Shown: positions 39,438-49,929, numbered from the stretch's first letter. The stretch is 64,000 nucleotides of DNA from Patescibacteria group bacterium (GCA_004297205.1 SCUL01000002.1:381418-445417), one strand, 5' to 3'. Made by a program: numbers and translations. The notes: generated by a model from the sequence alone, not told the origin.

Positions 39438-40628
39438 TCAGGAAGAATTGGTTGCAAGGAGCATACGCGCTTTCCCGTCGTCGGACAAGTCCCGCGCCCG
39501 GACGATGAGGATGGCCAGAAAGACGTACCAGGAAACTGCCAGGGGCAGCGGCATGGCGCCGCCCGCGAGGAACGCGCCGGGGACCGCATCGCACCAGGCC
39601 AGCAGCACGAGCAGGAACCGGACGGGAACGGCCAAGGCCAGGCCGACGGCGCGGCCGAGGTCCGGCAGGATGCCGGCTGCGGCAAGCAGCGCTCCCCCGC
39701 CGATGGTCAAGAGCGGCACGAACGGCGCCGCCAGGATGTTGGCAAGCGGCGACACGGCCGAGAACGTCCCAAAGGTCCCAAGCGCGACCGGCAGCGTGGC
39801 GAGTTGCGCGGCGAGGCCGTCCGCGGCGGTGCCGCGCAGGAATTCCGGCGCTCGGCGGATGAAATGCATCGTCTCCAGCCGCGCCGCGATCGGCGGCGTC
39901 AGCCAGAGCAGGCCGCCCGTTGCCGTGAACGACAGGGCGAAGCTGACGCTCGTGAGCGCGGCAGGATCGAGCGCGAGCATGATGCAGGCCGCGGCAATGA
40001 GCAGGTTGGCGCTGTCCGGTTTTCGTCCGAGTTCGCGCGCGGCAAGGACGAGGAGCGCCATGAACGCGGCGCGCACGACCGGCGGCTCCGCGCCGGCGAA
40101 CAGCGCAAAGGCGCAGACCGCGCCCGCAGCACCGATCGCGACCGCACGCCGCCGCAACCTGAGGGCGAACAGCAGTGAGACGAGCGTGCCCGCGGCGATG
40201 GTCACGTTGGCACCGGAGACGGCCAGCAGATGTGACGTGCCGGTGCGCCGGAAACGCAACGTCAACCAGCGCGGCATCCCGGTGGTGTCGCCGACGCTCA
40301 TGCCCAACAGCAGCGTTCCCTCCGGTCCCGGCGCGGCCCGGCGCACGGCGCGCACCGACGCGGCGCGCAGTCCGGCGAACGATTCGGTCGGCAGCGCGAT
40401 CGTCGGCCCGCGCGGCCGCAACGCGCCGACCACAAACACGATTGCGGCGATCACCAAGACGCGCCGCGCAGACGGCAGGCGCAAAACGGCGGCGGCACAC
40501 ACGCCGATGCCGACCGCAAGCGCAACGGGGTATCGCGCGAAGGCCAGGCCGAGCAGGAACGCCAAGCCGCAAACGCGGAACGTCTTGGACGGCGACCCGG
40601 CGCTCTTCGCCAAAAACGAAAGCGGCAT
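39438..40628 (-). CDS. comEC: ComEC/Rec2 competence membrane domain protein
   Basis: FRRTGTSHLLAVSGANV, PPVVRAAFM, SFALSFTAT, SPLANIL. Confidence 0.88.
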   Translation of the reverse strand: MPLSFLAKSAGSPSKTFRVCGLAFLLGLAFARYPVALAVGIGVCAAAVLRLPSARRVLVIAAIVFVVGALRPRGPTIALPTESFAGLRAASVRAVRRAAPGPEGTLLLGMSVGDTTGMPRWLTLRFRRTGTSHLLAVSGANVTIAAGTLVSLLFALRLRRRAVAIGAAGAVCAFALFAGAEPPVVRAAFMALLVLAARELGRKPDSANLLIAAACIMLALDPAALTSVSFALSFTATGGLLWLTPPIAARLETMHFIRRAPEFLRGTAADGLAAQLATLPVALGTFGTFSAVSPLANILAAPFVPLLTIGGGALLAAAGILPDLGRAVGLALAVPVRFLLVLLAWCDAVPGAFLAGGAMPLPLAVSWYVFLAILIVRARDLSDDGKARMLLATNSS

Positions 40629-40830
40629 ACCTCTCTAGTATGCCGCGCGCGATGTCGTGAGAAATGTCAAGCCCACCATCGGCGTCCCGAGAAGCCGCAC
40701 GACGAGGTACCCGATCATTGGGTCGGATATCCCTCGCTGCCGCTCGGGACGACGATATCCTTCGACTCCCGTCCAGGATAAAAAAGAGGTCCCGCGAGGC
40801 GCCTGTCGAACGCAGGTGAACATGCGAGAC

Positions 40831-41457
40831 CTATCTGTCAGTCGATACTGTAGGTGAGCGCGGGATCTCGAATACCACGAGGCTCGACTTGGTGCAATTG
40901 CCGCTCTGGTGACGGATGCATCCGTTTCTCCTCCCGCTGCGAACGACCAAGTCGTGTCTCTTTCCGTAGATCCAGATATCGTGATGCGAAAGATCATCCC
41001 TCAGTGCAAGACGGACGGCCGCCTCTTCCGGACAAAGTGCGAGACCGATGCCGAGGGCCTGCGACACGACCCTGTTTCGCGAACCATAGCTGTTGATCCC
41101 TAGATCCTTGGCCTTGACGCAGGCCAAGTCGATCTCCCCAGGACTCGGCACGATTTCGAAGTCCTCGAGCAAGACCGTCTCACGGAGCATCTTCTCGACC
41201 CGGTCTTCTCCGTAAATCTTGTTCTGCTCTTCCCAGTGCCGTCTGAGCAAATCTGCCAGTTCCGCTCGCGAGTGCGCGCCGATCTGGATGGTTTTCCAGA
41301 TCATGTAGCGCGGTGGCGACGCACGGGGTTGCCAGGCTTCGGGCCAAGGATTCTCCTTATTGAGGAACTTCTCGAATGCCCTGAGCCACTGATCGCCATC
41401 GACTTCTCGAAGCCGAGACAGGAACTTGTGGAGCAGGAACGCCAGATTATCGGTCAA
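40831..41457 (-). CDS. hypothetical protein (lower GC, accessory)
   Basis: 208-aa ORF with SD; FLNKENPW, IWKTIQIG, IDLACVKAKDLG, GLALCPEE. Confidence 0.65.
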   Translation of the reverse strand: MTDNLAFLLHKFLSRLREVDGDQWLRAFEKFLNKENPWPEAWQPRASPPRYMIWKTIQIGAHSRAELADLLRRHWEEQNKIYGEDRVEKMLRETVLLEDFEIVPSPGEIDLACVKAKDLGINSYGSRNRVVSQALGIGLALCPEEAAVRLALRDDLSHHDIWIYGKRHDLVVRSGRRNGCIRHQSGNCTKSSLVVFEIPRSPTVSTDR

Positions 41458-41546
41458 ATTGTCCTTTCCTCTCTGGCACCAGGTGCCTCACCGCAACATG
41501 CGAGCGGCAGTACGAACCTGCATGAAAAACAACGCCCTGTCAACCC

Positions 41547-43370
41547 CTATTCCACCGTCACGCTCTTCGCCAGATTGCGCGGCTTGTCGACGTCGTACCC
41601 TTTGGCGACGGCCGTCTCGTAGGCCAGCATCTGCATCGGAATGAGCGTCACGAGCGGCAGCAGCATTTCGTGGATCTCCGGGATCGGGAAAAAGACGTCG
41701 GACAGCGCGGCGAGTTCCGCGTCGCCCTGCGTGCCGATGGCAATGATCTTGGCGGAACGGGCGCGGATCTCCTGGACGTTCGAGAGCGTCTTTTCGCGCA
41801 CGCTGTCCTTGGGCGCGAGCACCACGCATGGGAAGGTGCCGGTCAGGAGCGCGATCGGCCCGTGCTTCATCTCCCCCGCCGGATACGCTTCGGCGTGGAT
41901 GTAGGCGATCTCCTTCAGCTTCAAGGCGCCCTCGAGCGCGATCGGGTACGTCATCTTCCGGCCGAGGTAGAAAGCCGACGGCGCATCTTTGAGGAGCGCC
42001 ACCGCCGGAGCAAGCTCGGCGCGCCGCGCCAAGATGTCGTCGATGATCGTCGGAAGTTGGCCGAGCTGGCGCAGCACGTCGCGCCCGTCGGCGACGGACA
42101 TCTCGCGCAGCCGGCCCATCAGGAACGCGAGCAGGGTAAGCACCGTGAGCTGGCCGAGGAATGCTTTGGTCGAAGCCACGCCGATTTCCGGACCGGCGTT
42201 GATGAAAATGCCGCCGTCAGTTTCCCGCGCAATCGAAGAGGCGAGCACGTTCGAAATGCCATAGACCTTGAGCCCTTTGCGCTTGAGTTCGCGCAGCGCG
42301 GCCAAGGTGTCGGCAGTCTCCCCGGACTGGCTGACGACCAGCACGAGCGCGTCGTCCTCGACGTGGATCCGCTTGTAACGGAACTCGCTGGCCGCGACGA
42401 CGTCGGTGGGGATGCCGGCGAACTCTTCAAAGAGGTACTTGCCGACCATGCCGGCGTAGGAGGCGCTGCCGCAGCCGATGATGACGACGCGCCGCTTGGC
42501 GCGCAGTTCGCTCATGGTCAGGTTGAGCCCGCCAAAACGCACCATGGCGTCGTCCGCAAGCACGCGCCCCATGGCCGCGCGCCGGACGACTTCCGGCTGT
42601 TCGTGCATTTCCTTGAGCATGTAGTGCGGCCACTGCCCCTTTTCGTACTTGTCGGCCTCGTGCGCGAGATGCTCGACGGGCTTTTCCACCCAGATGTTGT
42701 CGAGCGTCATGGCGCGGAAGCCTTCGCGCGAGATGCGCACCAGCTCGCCGTCGTTCAGGTAGACGATGTCCTTCGTGAACGGCAGAATTGCCCCGATGTC
42801 GGACGCCACAAAATGTTCGTGGAGACCGACGCCCATCACGAGCGGACTGCCACGGCGCGCCGCGACGATCAAGTTCGGCTGGTCGGCAACGACGACCGCG
42901 ACCGCATAGGCGCCGCGTACGTCCTGCAACGCCAAGCGCACCGCCTCGCCCAGATTTTCTCGGTAATGTTTTTCGATGAGGTGCGCCAGGACTTCCGTGT
43001 CGGTCTCGGAACGGAAACGGTGGCCCTCATCTTCGAGCCGGCGCTTGAGGTGCTGGAAATTCTCAATGATGCCGTTGTGCACGACGGCGATCTTTCCGCC
43101 GCAGTCGAGATGCGGGTGGGCGTTCACCTCGGACGGTGCGCCGTGGGTGGCCCAGCGGGTGTGGGCGATGCCGAGCGTCTCTTGGGTCTCGGCGGGCAGA
43201 AGCGCGGCCAGCTCGGCTACCTTGCCGGCTGCTTTGGTGACGGCCAGGCCCGCGGACGTGAGACGCGCCACGCCCGCCGAGTCGTAGCCGCGGTATTCCA
43301 AACGCCGCAGCCCTTCAAGAAGGAAGGGCATGGCCGGACGGTTGCCGATGTACCCGACGATGCCGCACAT
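41547..43370 (-). CDS. glmS: glutamine--fructose-6-phosphate transaminase (isomerizing)
   Basis: MCGIVG, EYRGYDSAG, HTRWATHG, SQSGETADT, EGALKLKE, DVDKPRNLAKSVTVE. Confidence 0.98.
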   Translation of the reverse strand: MCGIVGYIGNRPAMPFLLEGLRRLEYRGYDSAGVARLTSAGLAVTKAAGKVAELAALLPAETQETLGIAHTRWATHGAPSEVNAHPHLDCGGKIAVVHNGIIENFQHLKRRLEDEGHRFRSETDTEVLAHLIEKHYRENLGEAVRLALQDVRGAYAVAVVVADQPNLIVAARRGSPLVMGVGLHEHFVASDIGAILPFTKDIVYLNDGELVRISREGFRAMTLDNIWVEKPVEHLAHEADKYEKGQWPHYMLKEMHEQPEVVRRAAMGRVLADDAMVRFGGLNLTMSELRAKRRVVIIGCGSASYAGMVGKYLFEEFAGIPTDVVAASEFRYKRIHVEDDALVLVVSQSGETADTLAALRELKRKGLKVYGISNVLASSIARETDGGIFINAGPEIGVASTKAFLGQLTVLTLLAFLMGRLREMSVADGRDVLRQLGQLPTIIDDILARRAELAPAVALLKDAPSAFYLGRKMTYPIALEGALKLKEIAYIHAEAYPAGEMKHGPIALLTGTFPCVVLAPKDSVREKTLSNVQEIRARSAKIIAIGTQGDAELAALSDVFFPIPEIHEMLLPLVTLIPMQMLAYETAVAKGYDVDKPRNLAKSVTVE

Positions 43371-43380
43371 ACCCCTGCAT

Positions 43381-44232
43381 CTACTCACGCCCGGCGAAGG
43401 CGCGCAACCGCTTCAGGAATTTTTTGACGCCGTGATCCTCCCCCATGCGCACGCGCGGCAGCGCCATGGGGTCGCTCGAGGTGGTCACGGTTCCCTCGCG
43501 GATGGTGAAGGCGAAGTCGATGCCGGCCTCCCTGAGCAGAGCGCGGACTGCCTCATTCTCTTCACCATTCGGATAGGCAAATGCGAAGATATTCTGCCCC
43601 ATCTCTCCATATCCCCTGTAATGAGGCAATTCGCGTTCTAAAAATTCTTTCGAAGACACGATCTCCTCACGCGCCTGTGCTTCTGGGATGCGCGTGAGTA
43701 TCTCATGCCAACGAGTATGCGGTTGCATACCCCAATCGTGTTCTTTCAGTTCGCTCAACATTTCCGGTGTCATGTAGGATGTAGCATGGTTGCTGACTGG
43801 ACCGGTCATTACGAAGACGGTTGCGAGGTAGCCGAATTCCTTCAGGATAGGAAAGGCGTTCGTGTACGTATCCCGGTTGCCATCGTCGAATGTGATGACG
43901 ACGCTTTTATCCAGCACTATGGGTTCGCCGCCGGAGCCCCGGTTGTCGCCGTCGAACGCATATAAAAGTTCTTCGAGCAATATAACGCTCCAACCATCAT
44001 CCTTGAGCGCCTGCATCTGGGCGCGAAAGGTGGAGGTTGAAACGAACAGGCCGTACGGATCGCGTGCGGGCACGACGCCGACGCGGTGGTACATGAGCAC
44101 CGGCACGCGCAGTTCGCCGACCGGCGCGACAGACGCAGGCGGCGAAAGTTGCGGCGCAACAGGCGGTCGCGGCGCGGGCGTGCAGCCGGCGCCGGCGAGC
44201 ATGACAGCGAGGATCAGCAAGGCGAATCGCAT
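43381..44232 (-). CDS. polysaccharide deacetylase family lipoprotein
   Basis: Lipobox LAGAGC; VPVLMYH, ITFDDG, HTRWH, FAYPNG. Confidence 0.88.
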   Translation of the reverse strand: MRFALLILAVMLAGAGCTPAPRPPVAPQLSPPASVAPVGELRVPVLMYHRVGVVPARDPYGLFVSTSTFRAQMQALKDDGWSVILLEELLYAFDGDNRGSGGEPIVLDKSVVITFDDGNRDTYTNAFPILKEFGYLATVFVMTGPVSNHATSYMTPEMLSELKEHDWGMQPHTRWHEILTRIPEAQAREEIVSSKEFLERELPHYRGYGEMGQNIFAFAYPNGEENEAVRALLREAGIDFAFTIREGTVTTSSDPMALPRVRMGEDHGVKKFLKRLRAFAGRE

Positions 44233-44247
44233 ATGCGAAAGGCCGCG

Positions 44248-46656
44248 CTAGGCGGCCTTCTGCAGCACGATGCTGACAAGCTTCCCGGGGACGACCACGA
44301 TCTTTTCGATATGGCGGCCGCGGATCCACGTCTGGACCTTCTCGGAAGCGAGGACGCGGCCTTTGAGCGACTCCTCGTCGATGCCGGCGGGCACGATCAG
44401 CGCGTCGCGCATCTTGCCGTCCACTTGGACGACGATCTTCATTTCATCCTCGACGAGCAGTGCGGCGTCTGCGGTTGGCCAGTTCTGGCGGGCCACGCTC
44501 TCGTCGTAGCCGAGCCGCTCCCAAAGCTCCTCCGCAAGATGCGGCGCGAACGGCGAGAGCATCTGCAGGAAGGTCTCCCAATCCTGCTGCGGGACGCTTT
44601 CCGCCTTGCCGAAGGCGTTGACGAGAATCATCAGCGCGGAGACGGCCGTGTTGAACCGGAACCCCTCGATGTCCGCGGAGACCTTGGCGAGGGTCTGGTG
44701 CGTGAGACGGTGCAGCGCGGCGTCGGATGCCTGACCGACGTTCTCGGCGAGGCCGTGGGCGCGCTCGAGGAAACGGCGCACGCCGACGATGCCTTGTTCG
44801 TTCCACGGCGCGGCGTCCTCGAACGGGCCCATGAACATCTCGTAGATGCGGAAGGTGTCCGCGCCGTGCGCGGCCACGACGTCGTCGGGGTTGACCACGT
44901 TGCCGCGCGATTTCGACATCTTCTCCCCGTCTTCGCCAAGGATGAGGCCGACGTTGCGCAGGGTGCGGGCCGGCTCGTCGAACGGCAGCGCGCCCACGTC
45001 GAACAGCACCTTGGTGACGAAACGCGCGTAGAGCAGGTGGAGCACGGCGTGTTCGGCGCCGCCCACATAGAGGTCGACCGGGCACCACGCCGCGACGAGC
45101 GCCGGATCGAACGGCCGGTCGTCCTCGGTCGGCGAGCAGTAGCGCAAAAAGTACCAGGACGAATCGACGAACGTGTCCATGGTGTCGGATTCGCGGCGCG
45201 CCGGATTGCCGCAGCGCGGGCAGGAGACGTCATGGAAGCTCGCGGAGCGGGCAAGCGGCGACTCGCCGGTCGGCCGGAAGTCGACATCGTCCGGGAGCTC
45301 GACGGGCAGGTCCTTTTCGGGCACCGGCACTTCGCCGCAGTCGTCGCACAGGATGATCGGGATGGGCGCGCCCCAATAGCGCTGGCGCGAGACAAGCCAG
45401 TCGCGCAGGTGCCAGTGCACGGCGCGCGTGCCGGCCTTGACGGCCACGAGCGCGTCGACGATGTCCGTCGCGGCCTGGGCGTTCACGATGCCGTCATAGG
45501 GACCGGAGTTGACCATGATCCCCTCGCCCGTGTAGGCGCCCTCGCCGTGCTGGATGCCGGCGGGAGGCGCGATCACGAACAGCGGATCGAATCCGTACGC
45601 TTCGGCGAAGGCCCAGTCGCGGTCGTCGTGCGCCGGCACCACCATGACCGCGCCCGTGCCGTATTGGGGCAGGACGTAGTCGGCGATCCAGAGCGGAATG
45701 TTCGCGCCGGTCAGGGGATGGCGGACGGACACGCCGAGCGCCGTGCCGCGCTTCTGCACGCTCTCGGTGCGCTCGCGTTCGGCCTTGGCGGCCGCCTCGG
45801 TGACGAAGGCCTCGACGCGGTCGCGGAAGGCAGGAGCGGTGACGGTAGCGACCAGCGGATGCTCGGGGGCGAGCACCACGGCGACGACGCCGTAGAGCGT
45901 GTCGGGCCGCGTCGTGAAAACCGGCACGGAGAACTCTTCGCCGCTTTCCGTGACGCCCGCAAAGGCGATCTCCGCGCCCGTGCTCTTGCCGATCCAGTTG
46001 CGCTGCATGGCCTTGATCCGCTCCGGCCATTCGATGCCCTCGAGGCCGGCGAGCAGCCGGTCCGCGTAGGCGGTGATGCGGAAGAACCATTGCGACAGCT
46101 CCTTCTGCTCGACGGGCGTGCCGCAGCGTTCGCAGCAACCGTTCACGACCTGCTCGTTGGCCAACACGGTCTGGTCCTTGGGGCACCAGTTGACCGGCGC
46201 TTTGGCCTTGTACGCCAAGCCGCGTTCGTAGAGTTTCAGGAACAGCCACTGCGTCCATTTATAGTAGGAAGGGTCCGAGGTGTTGACCTCGCGCGTCCAA
46301 TCGTAGGAGAAACCGAGCGACTGGATCTGCCGGCGGAAGTTGTCGATGTTGGCCGCGGCGATCTCCTTGGGGTTCTTCTGGACCTTGATGGCGTAGTTTT
46401 CGGTCGGCAAGCCGAAGGCGTCCCAGCCCATGGGGTGCAGCACGCTCCAGCCTTCGGCCCGGCGTTTGCGCGCCACGACGTCGGTGGCGGTGTAGCCCTT
46501 GGGGTGCCCGACGTGGAGCCCCTGCCCCGAGGGGTACGGGAACATGTCGAGGACGTAGGCCTTCTTCCCGGTCGGGCGGTCGGGCGCGGCGAACGGCGCT
46601 TCCGCGCGCCAGCGCTCCTGCCATTTCTTTTCCAACGTGGCGTGGTCGTACCGCAT
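44248..46656 (-). CDS. leuS: leucine--tRNA ligase
   Basis: MFPYPSGQGLHVGH, GWDAFGLP, FTTRPDT, SRQRYWG, KMSKS. Confidence 0.98.
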   Translation of the reverse strand: MRYDHATLEKKWQERWRAEAPFAAPDRPTGKKAYVLDMFPYPSGQGLHVGHPKGYTATDVVARKRRAEGWSVLHPMGWDAFGLPTENYAIKVQKNPKEIAAANIDNFRRQIQSLGFSYDWTREVNTSDPSYYKWTQWLFLKLYERGLAYKAKAPVNWCPKDQTVLANEQVVNGCCERCGTPVEQKELSQWFFRITAYADRLLAGLEGIEWPERIKAMQRNWIGKSTGAEIAFAGVTESGEEFSVPVFTTRPDTLYGVVAVVLAPEHPLVATVTAPAFRDRVEAFVTEAAAKAERERTESVQKRGTALGVSVRHPLTGANIPLWIADYVLPQYGTGAVMVVPAHDDRDWAFAEAYGFDPLFVIAPPAGIQHGEGAYTGEGIMVNSGPYDGIVNAQAATDIVDALVAVKAGTRAVHWHLRDWLVSRQRYWGAPIPIILCDDCGEVPVPEKDLPVELPDDVDFRPTGESPLARSASFHDVSCPRCGNPARRESDTMDTFVDSSWYFLRYCSPTEDDRPFDPALVAAWCPVDLYVGGAEHAVLHLLYARFVTKVLFDVGALPFDEPARTLRNVGLILGEDGEKMSKSRGNVVNPDDVVAAHGADTFRIYEMFMGPFEDAAPWNEQGIVGVRRFLERAHGLAENVGQASDAALHRLTHQTLAKVSADIEGFRFNTAVSALMILVNAFGKAESVPQQDWETFLQMLSPFAPHLAEELWERLGYDESVARQNWPTADAALLVEDEMKIVVQVDGKMRDALIVPAGIDEESLKGRVLASEKVQTWIRGRHIEKIVVVPGKLVSIVLQKAA

Positions 46657-46701
46657 ACCGAAAGAGTGTAGCGGCAGCGGCCCCGCGTGGCAACGCCCTC
46701 C

Positions 46702-46926
46702 TTACGGCCGTGCGAGGTCGCGTTCGAAGGCTTCGGCGCGGACCGAGAACCGGTCGAGGCGCGCGGTGAGATCGCGCATCTCGACGCGGACGGCGCGGGC
46801 CTGCTCGCCGATCACCACGTACCAGGCGCCGACGAGGGCGAACGCCAACGCGACGACCAAGCCGCGCGCGCCGTCGGAGAGGCGCTTCGGACGCGACGGC
46901 GGCGCGGGATCGAGGAGACGCGGCAT
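46702..46926 (-). CDS. small single-TM hypothetical protein
   Basis: 74 aa, one hydrophobic helix then coiled coil; TGCTATACT -10 just upstream. Confidence 0.55.
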   Translation of the reverse strand: MPRLLDPAPPSRPKRLSDGARGLVVALAFALVGAWYVVIGEQARAVRVEMRDLTARLDRFSVRAEAFERDLARP

Positions 46927-47084
46927 ACGCCGAAAGTATAGCACAACAAAAAACCCCGCGGTGCGGGATTTTTGTCTTTGTGTTTCCTCCTGGGTTGTTA
47001 AGGAGCGCGCTGCGCGCGGTCCGGAACTGCCTGTCCGTCGTCCCCATGTGGGGCGCTTCCCGCGGACGGGTGGTTCCACGCGCG

Positions 47085-47104
47085 CCTGCCTGCCGGTAGG
47101 CAGG
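47085..47104. repeat. short palindrome CCTGCCTGCCGGTAGGCAGG
   Basis: Near-perfect palindrome; related CCTGCCTGCAGGCAGG at 54045-54060. Confidence 0.6.
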
Positions 47105-47176
47105 GAGTCCCTTGCCGGGGACTCACCGCGGGCGGGAAGAGGTGCACGCGGCGAGGACCCGCAAGCGACTGTTTCT

Positions 47177-47569
47177 TTAGCGGGACGGATACGTGATGCT
47201 GACTTCCTGCCGGCGGACGAGTTTCGTCGGCGGCAGCTGCAGGATCGCGACTGCCTGGCGAATCGCTTCCTGGTCCCGCGCCTGCATCGCTTCGACGCGC
47301 GTCACGATCTCGCGCTGCATGCCGGCAGTGATCTCCGGTAGCACCGCGATGTTGCTGTCGAGACGGTGAATCGTCATTTCATAACCGCGACCGATGCCGT
47401 CGGCGGTCCCAACGATGACGTTGGTGCCGAGTGCGAACGTATGCGCGGGCGACGTGGCCAAGGCGAAGGAGAAGAGGAAGAGGAATACTGCGAAGAGCAG
47501 CGATTCCATGACATTCCCGTTCTTGCCGAACCACAACGAATCAAGCGCCGTTTGGTTTTTGTTTCCCAT
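47177..47569 (-). CDS. hypothetical membrane-anchored protein
   Basis: 130 aa, AAGGGAGGTG SD, N-terminal TM. Confidence 0.6.
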   Translation of the reverse strand: MGNKNQTALDSLWFGKNGNVMESLLFAVFLFLFSFALATSPAHTFALGTNVIVGTADGIGRGYEMTIHRLDSNIAVLPEITAGMQREIVTRVEAMQARDQEAIRQAVAILQLPPTKLVRRQEVSITYPSR

Positions 47570-47659
47570 ATCGTCACCTCCCTTCGATGTTTGTTTTTGG
47601 TCCGTTTTCGCCGGACCTGCGGCCCCGCCGTGGCGGGGAACTTCTTTCAGGATGAATGT

Positions 47660-47688
47660 AGTATAGCAAAAAAAGGGCCGCTTGTCAA
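47660..47688 (-). promoter_or_regulatory. near-consensus sigma70 promoter
   Basis: TTGACA-N17-TATACT with extended TG. Confidence 0.8.
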
Positions 47689-47710
47689 AGCGGCCGCTTC
47701 CCTCACGCAC

Positions 47711-48946
47711 TTAATACCACCCTTTTGCCTTCATCGCGGCGCAGATGCGTTCCAACGCGATGAGGTACGAAGCGGTCCGCAAGCTGCCGCCGCCGCGTTC
47801 GCGCGCCTCCCACGCCGCACGGAATGCCGGAACCATGATGTCCGACAGTTTTTGGAAAACCTCGTGCTCGCTCCAGTGCGCCCCCTCGCGGTTCTGTTGC
47901 CATTCAAGAAAACTGGTCGCGACGCCGCCGGCATTGGCGAGCACGTCCGGCACCACGACGACGCCGCGTTCCGCAAGAAGCCGATCGGCACCGGGCGTGG
48001 TCGGTCCGTTGGCGAGCTCGAGGACGACCTGGGCGCGGATACGCGGCGCGTTCTCTTCCGTGATGACGTTCTCGAGCGCCGAGGGCGCCAGGATGCCGCA
48101 CGGATGCTCCAGGAGTTCGGCGTTCGAGACGTCGCGGCTGCCGGGGAACCCGGAAACGCCGCCGTGCTCCTTTTTCCAGGCAGCCACGGCCTCCGGATCG
48201 AGCCCGGTCTCGGAGACGATGCCGCCGTGCGAGTCGGAAATGCCGGTGACCTGCCAGCCGTGGCGGTGGCAGAGCGCGGCGAACGACCGGCCGACGTTGC
48301 CGAAGCCTTGCACGACGACGGTCGCGGACTCCGGATCGATCCCGATCTTCTTTTGCAACTCCTGAAGCACGAAAAATCCGCCCTGGCCGGTGGCGGTGCC
48401 GCGGCCCTCGGAGCCGCCCAGCGCGACGGGCTTCCCGGTCACGACCGCGGGCGAACTGTTTCCGGTCAACTGGGCGTACTCGTCCATGATCCAGCCCATG
48501 ATCTCGGGCGTCGTGTTCACGTCCGGTGCCGGCACGTCGCGTTCCGGGCCGATGACGTCGGCGATGGCGCGCGTGAAAGCGCGGGTCAGCCGCTCCAGCT
48601 CCCCTTTCGACAGCGCCTTCGGATCGACGGTGATGCCGCCTTTGCCGCCGCCGAACGGCACGTCGACCACCGCGCATTTGATCGACATCCAAAAGGCGAG
48701 CGCCTGCACTTCGTCGAGGTCGGTTTGCGGGTGGTACCGCAAGCCGCCTTTGTACGGCCCGCGGGCGTTGTTGTACTGGACGCGGTAGCCCTCGAAGACA
48801 CGCAGGGAACCGTCATCCATCTTCACGGCGAGCGATACCTGCAGCGTGCGGCGCGGGTGGCGCAGCAGCTCGACCGCGGCCGGGTCAAACGTCCCGTGCG
48901 CGATGGCGGTTTCGAGTTGCGTCAGGGCGTTTGCAAACGCCGACAT
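47711..48946 (-). CDS. gdhA: Glu/Leu/Phe/Val dehydrogenase (glutamate dehydrogenase)
   Basis: GPYKGGLRYHP, PFGGGKGG, DVPAPD, VTGKP, QGFGNVG, ANGPTT, PDVLANAGGV. Confidence 0.92.
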   Translation of the reverse strand: MSAFANALTQLETAIAHGTFDPAAVELLRHPRRTLQVSLAVKMDDGSLRVFEGYRVQYNNARGPYKGGLRYHPQTDLDEVQALAFWMSIKCAVVDVPFGGGKGGITVDPKALSKGELERLTRAFTRAIADVIGPERDVPAPDVNTTPEIMGWIMDEYAQLTGNSSPAVVTGKPVALGGSEGRGTATGQGGFFVLQELQKKIGIDPESATVVVQGFGNVGRSFAALCHRHGWQVTGISDSHGGIVSETGLDPEAVAAWKKEHGGVSGFPGSRDVSNAELLEHPCGILAPSALENVITEENAPRIRAQVVLELANGPTTPGADRLLAERGVVVVPDVLANAGGVATSFLEWQQNREGAHWSEHEVFQKLSDIMVPAFRAAWEARERGGGSLRTASYLIALERICAAMKAKGWY

Positions 48947-48947
48947 G

Positions 48948-49877
48948 TCAGTGCGCTTCGCTTTCCAAAAATTTCTCGGCGTCGAGCGCGGCCATGCAGC
49001 CGGTGCCCGCCGCGGTCACGGCCTGGCGATAGCGGAAGTCGGCGACGTCGCCGCCGGCGAAGACGCCGGGCACCGACGTGGCGCTCGTGCCGTTCTTGGT
49101 CACGACGTAGCCCTTGGCGTCCAGTTCGATCTGGCCGGCGAACAGCTTGGTCGTCGGCTCATGGCCGATGGCCGAAAACACGCCGTCCGTTTTCATCTCC
49201 GACGCTTCCCCGGTCGCGGTATTCCTGAGCTTCACGCCGGTGACGTGTCCGACGTCGGCGCCCAGGATGTCCGTGATCTCCGTGTTCCAGAGGAACGCGA
49301 CTTTGGGATTGTTCACGGCGCGCTCCTGCATGATCTTCGAGGCGCGCAGCGCGTCGCGGCGCACCACGACCGTGACCTTGGTGGCGAAACGCGTCAGGAA
49401 ATTCGCCTCCTCCATGGCCGCGTCGCCGCCGCCCACGACGATGACCTCCTTGCCTTTGAAGAAGAAGCCGTCGCAGGTGGCGCAGGCCGAGACGCCTTTG
49501 CCGTAGAGCGCCTTTTCGCTGTCGAGGCCGAGCCGCTTGGCCGAGGCGCCGGTCGCGATGATGACGGTCTTCGCCGTGAAGTCTCCGGACGGCGCGCTGA
49601 CGCGGAAGGGACGCGCCGAAAAGTCGACGGCCGTCACGGCCTCGTCCACGATGCGCGTCCCGAAGCGTTCGGCCTGGGCGCGCATGGCGGCGACGAGCTC
49701 GGGACCCTGGATGCCGTTCGGAAACCCCGGAAAGTTTTCGACGTCCGTCGTCGTCGTCAGCTGACCGCCGGGTTCCTGCCCGGAAAAAAGCAGCGGCGCC
49801 AAGTTGGCGCGCGCGGCGTAGACCGCCGCGGTGTAGCCCGCGGGACCGGAGCCGATGATGATCACCTGTTCTGCCAT
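48948..49877 (-). CDS. trxB: thioredoxin reductase
   Basis: [33 protein letters not shown]. Confidence 0.96.
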   Translation of the reverse strand: MAEQVIIIGSGPAGYTAAVYAARANLAPLLFSGQEPGGQLTTTTDVENFPGFPNGIQGPELVAAMRAQAERFGTRIVDEAVTAVDFSARPFRVSAPSGDFTAKTVIIATGASAKRLGLDSEKALYGKGVSACATCDGFFFKGKEVIVVGGGDAAMEEANFLTRFATKVTVVVRRDALRASKIMQERAVNNPKVAFLWNTEITDILGADVGHVTGVKLRNTATGEASEMKTDGVFSAIGHEPTTKLFAGQIELDAKGYVVTKNGTSATSVPGVFAGGDVADFRYRQAVTAAGTGCMAALDAEKFLESEAH

Positions 49878-49929
49878 AGAACGCGGACGCGGACGGGGCG
49901 ACCCGTCCGCGGAAAAAAGCACAAACGAA

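Noticed and set aside
43371-43381. glmS ribozyme
   Set aside because: glmS starts 10 nt after the upstream stop codon, leaving no room.
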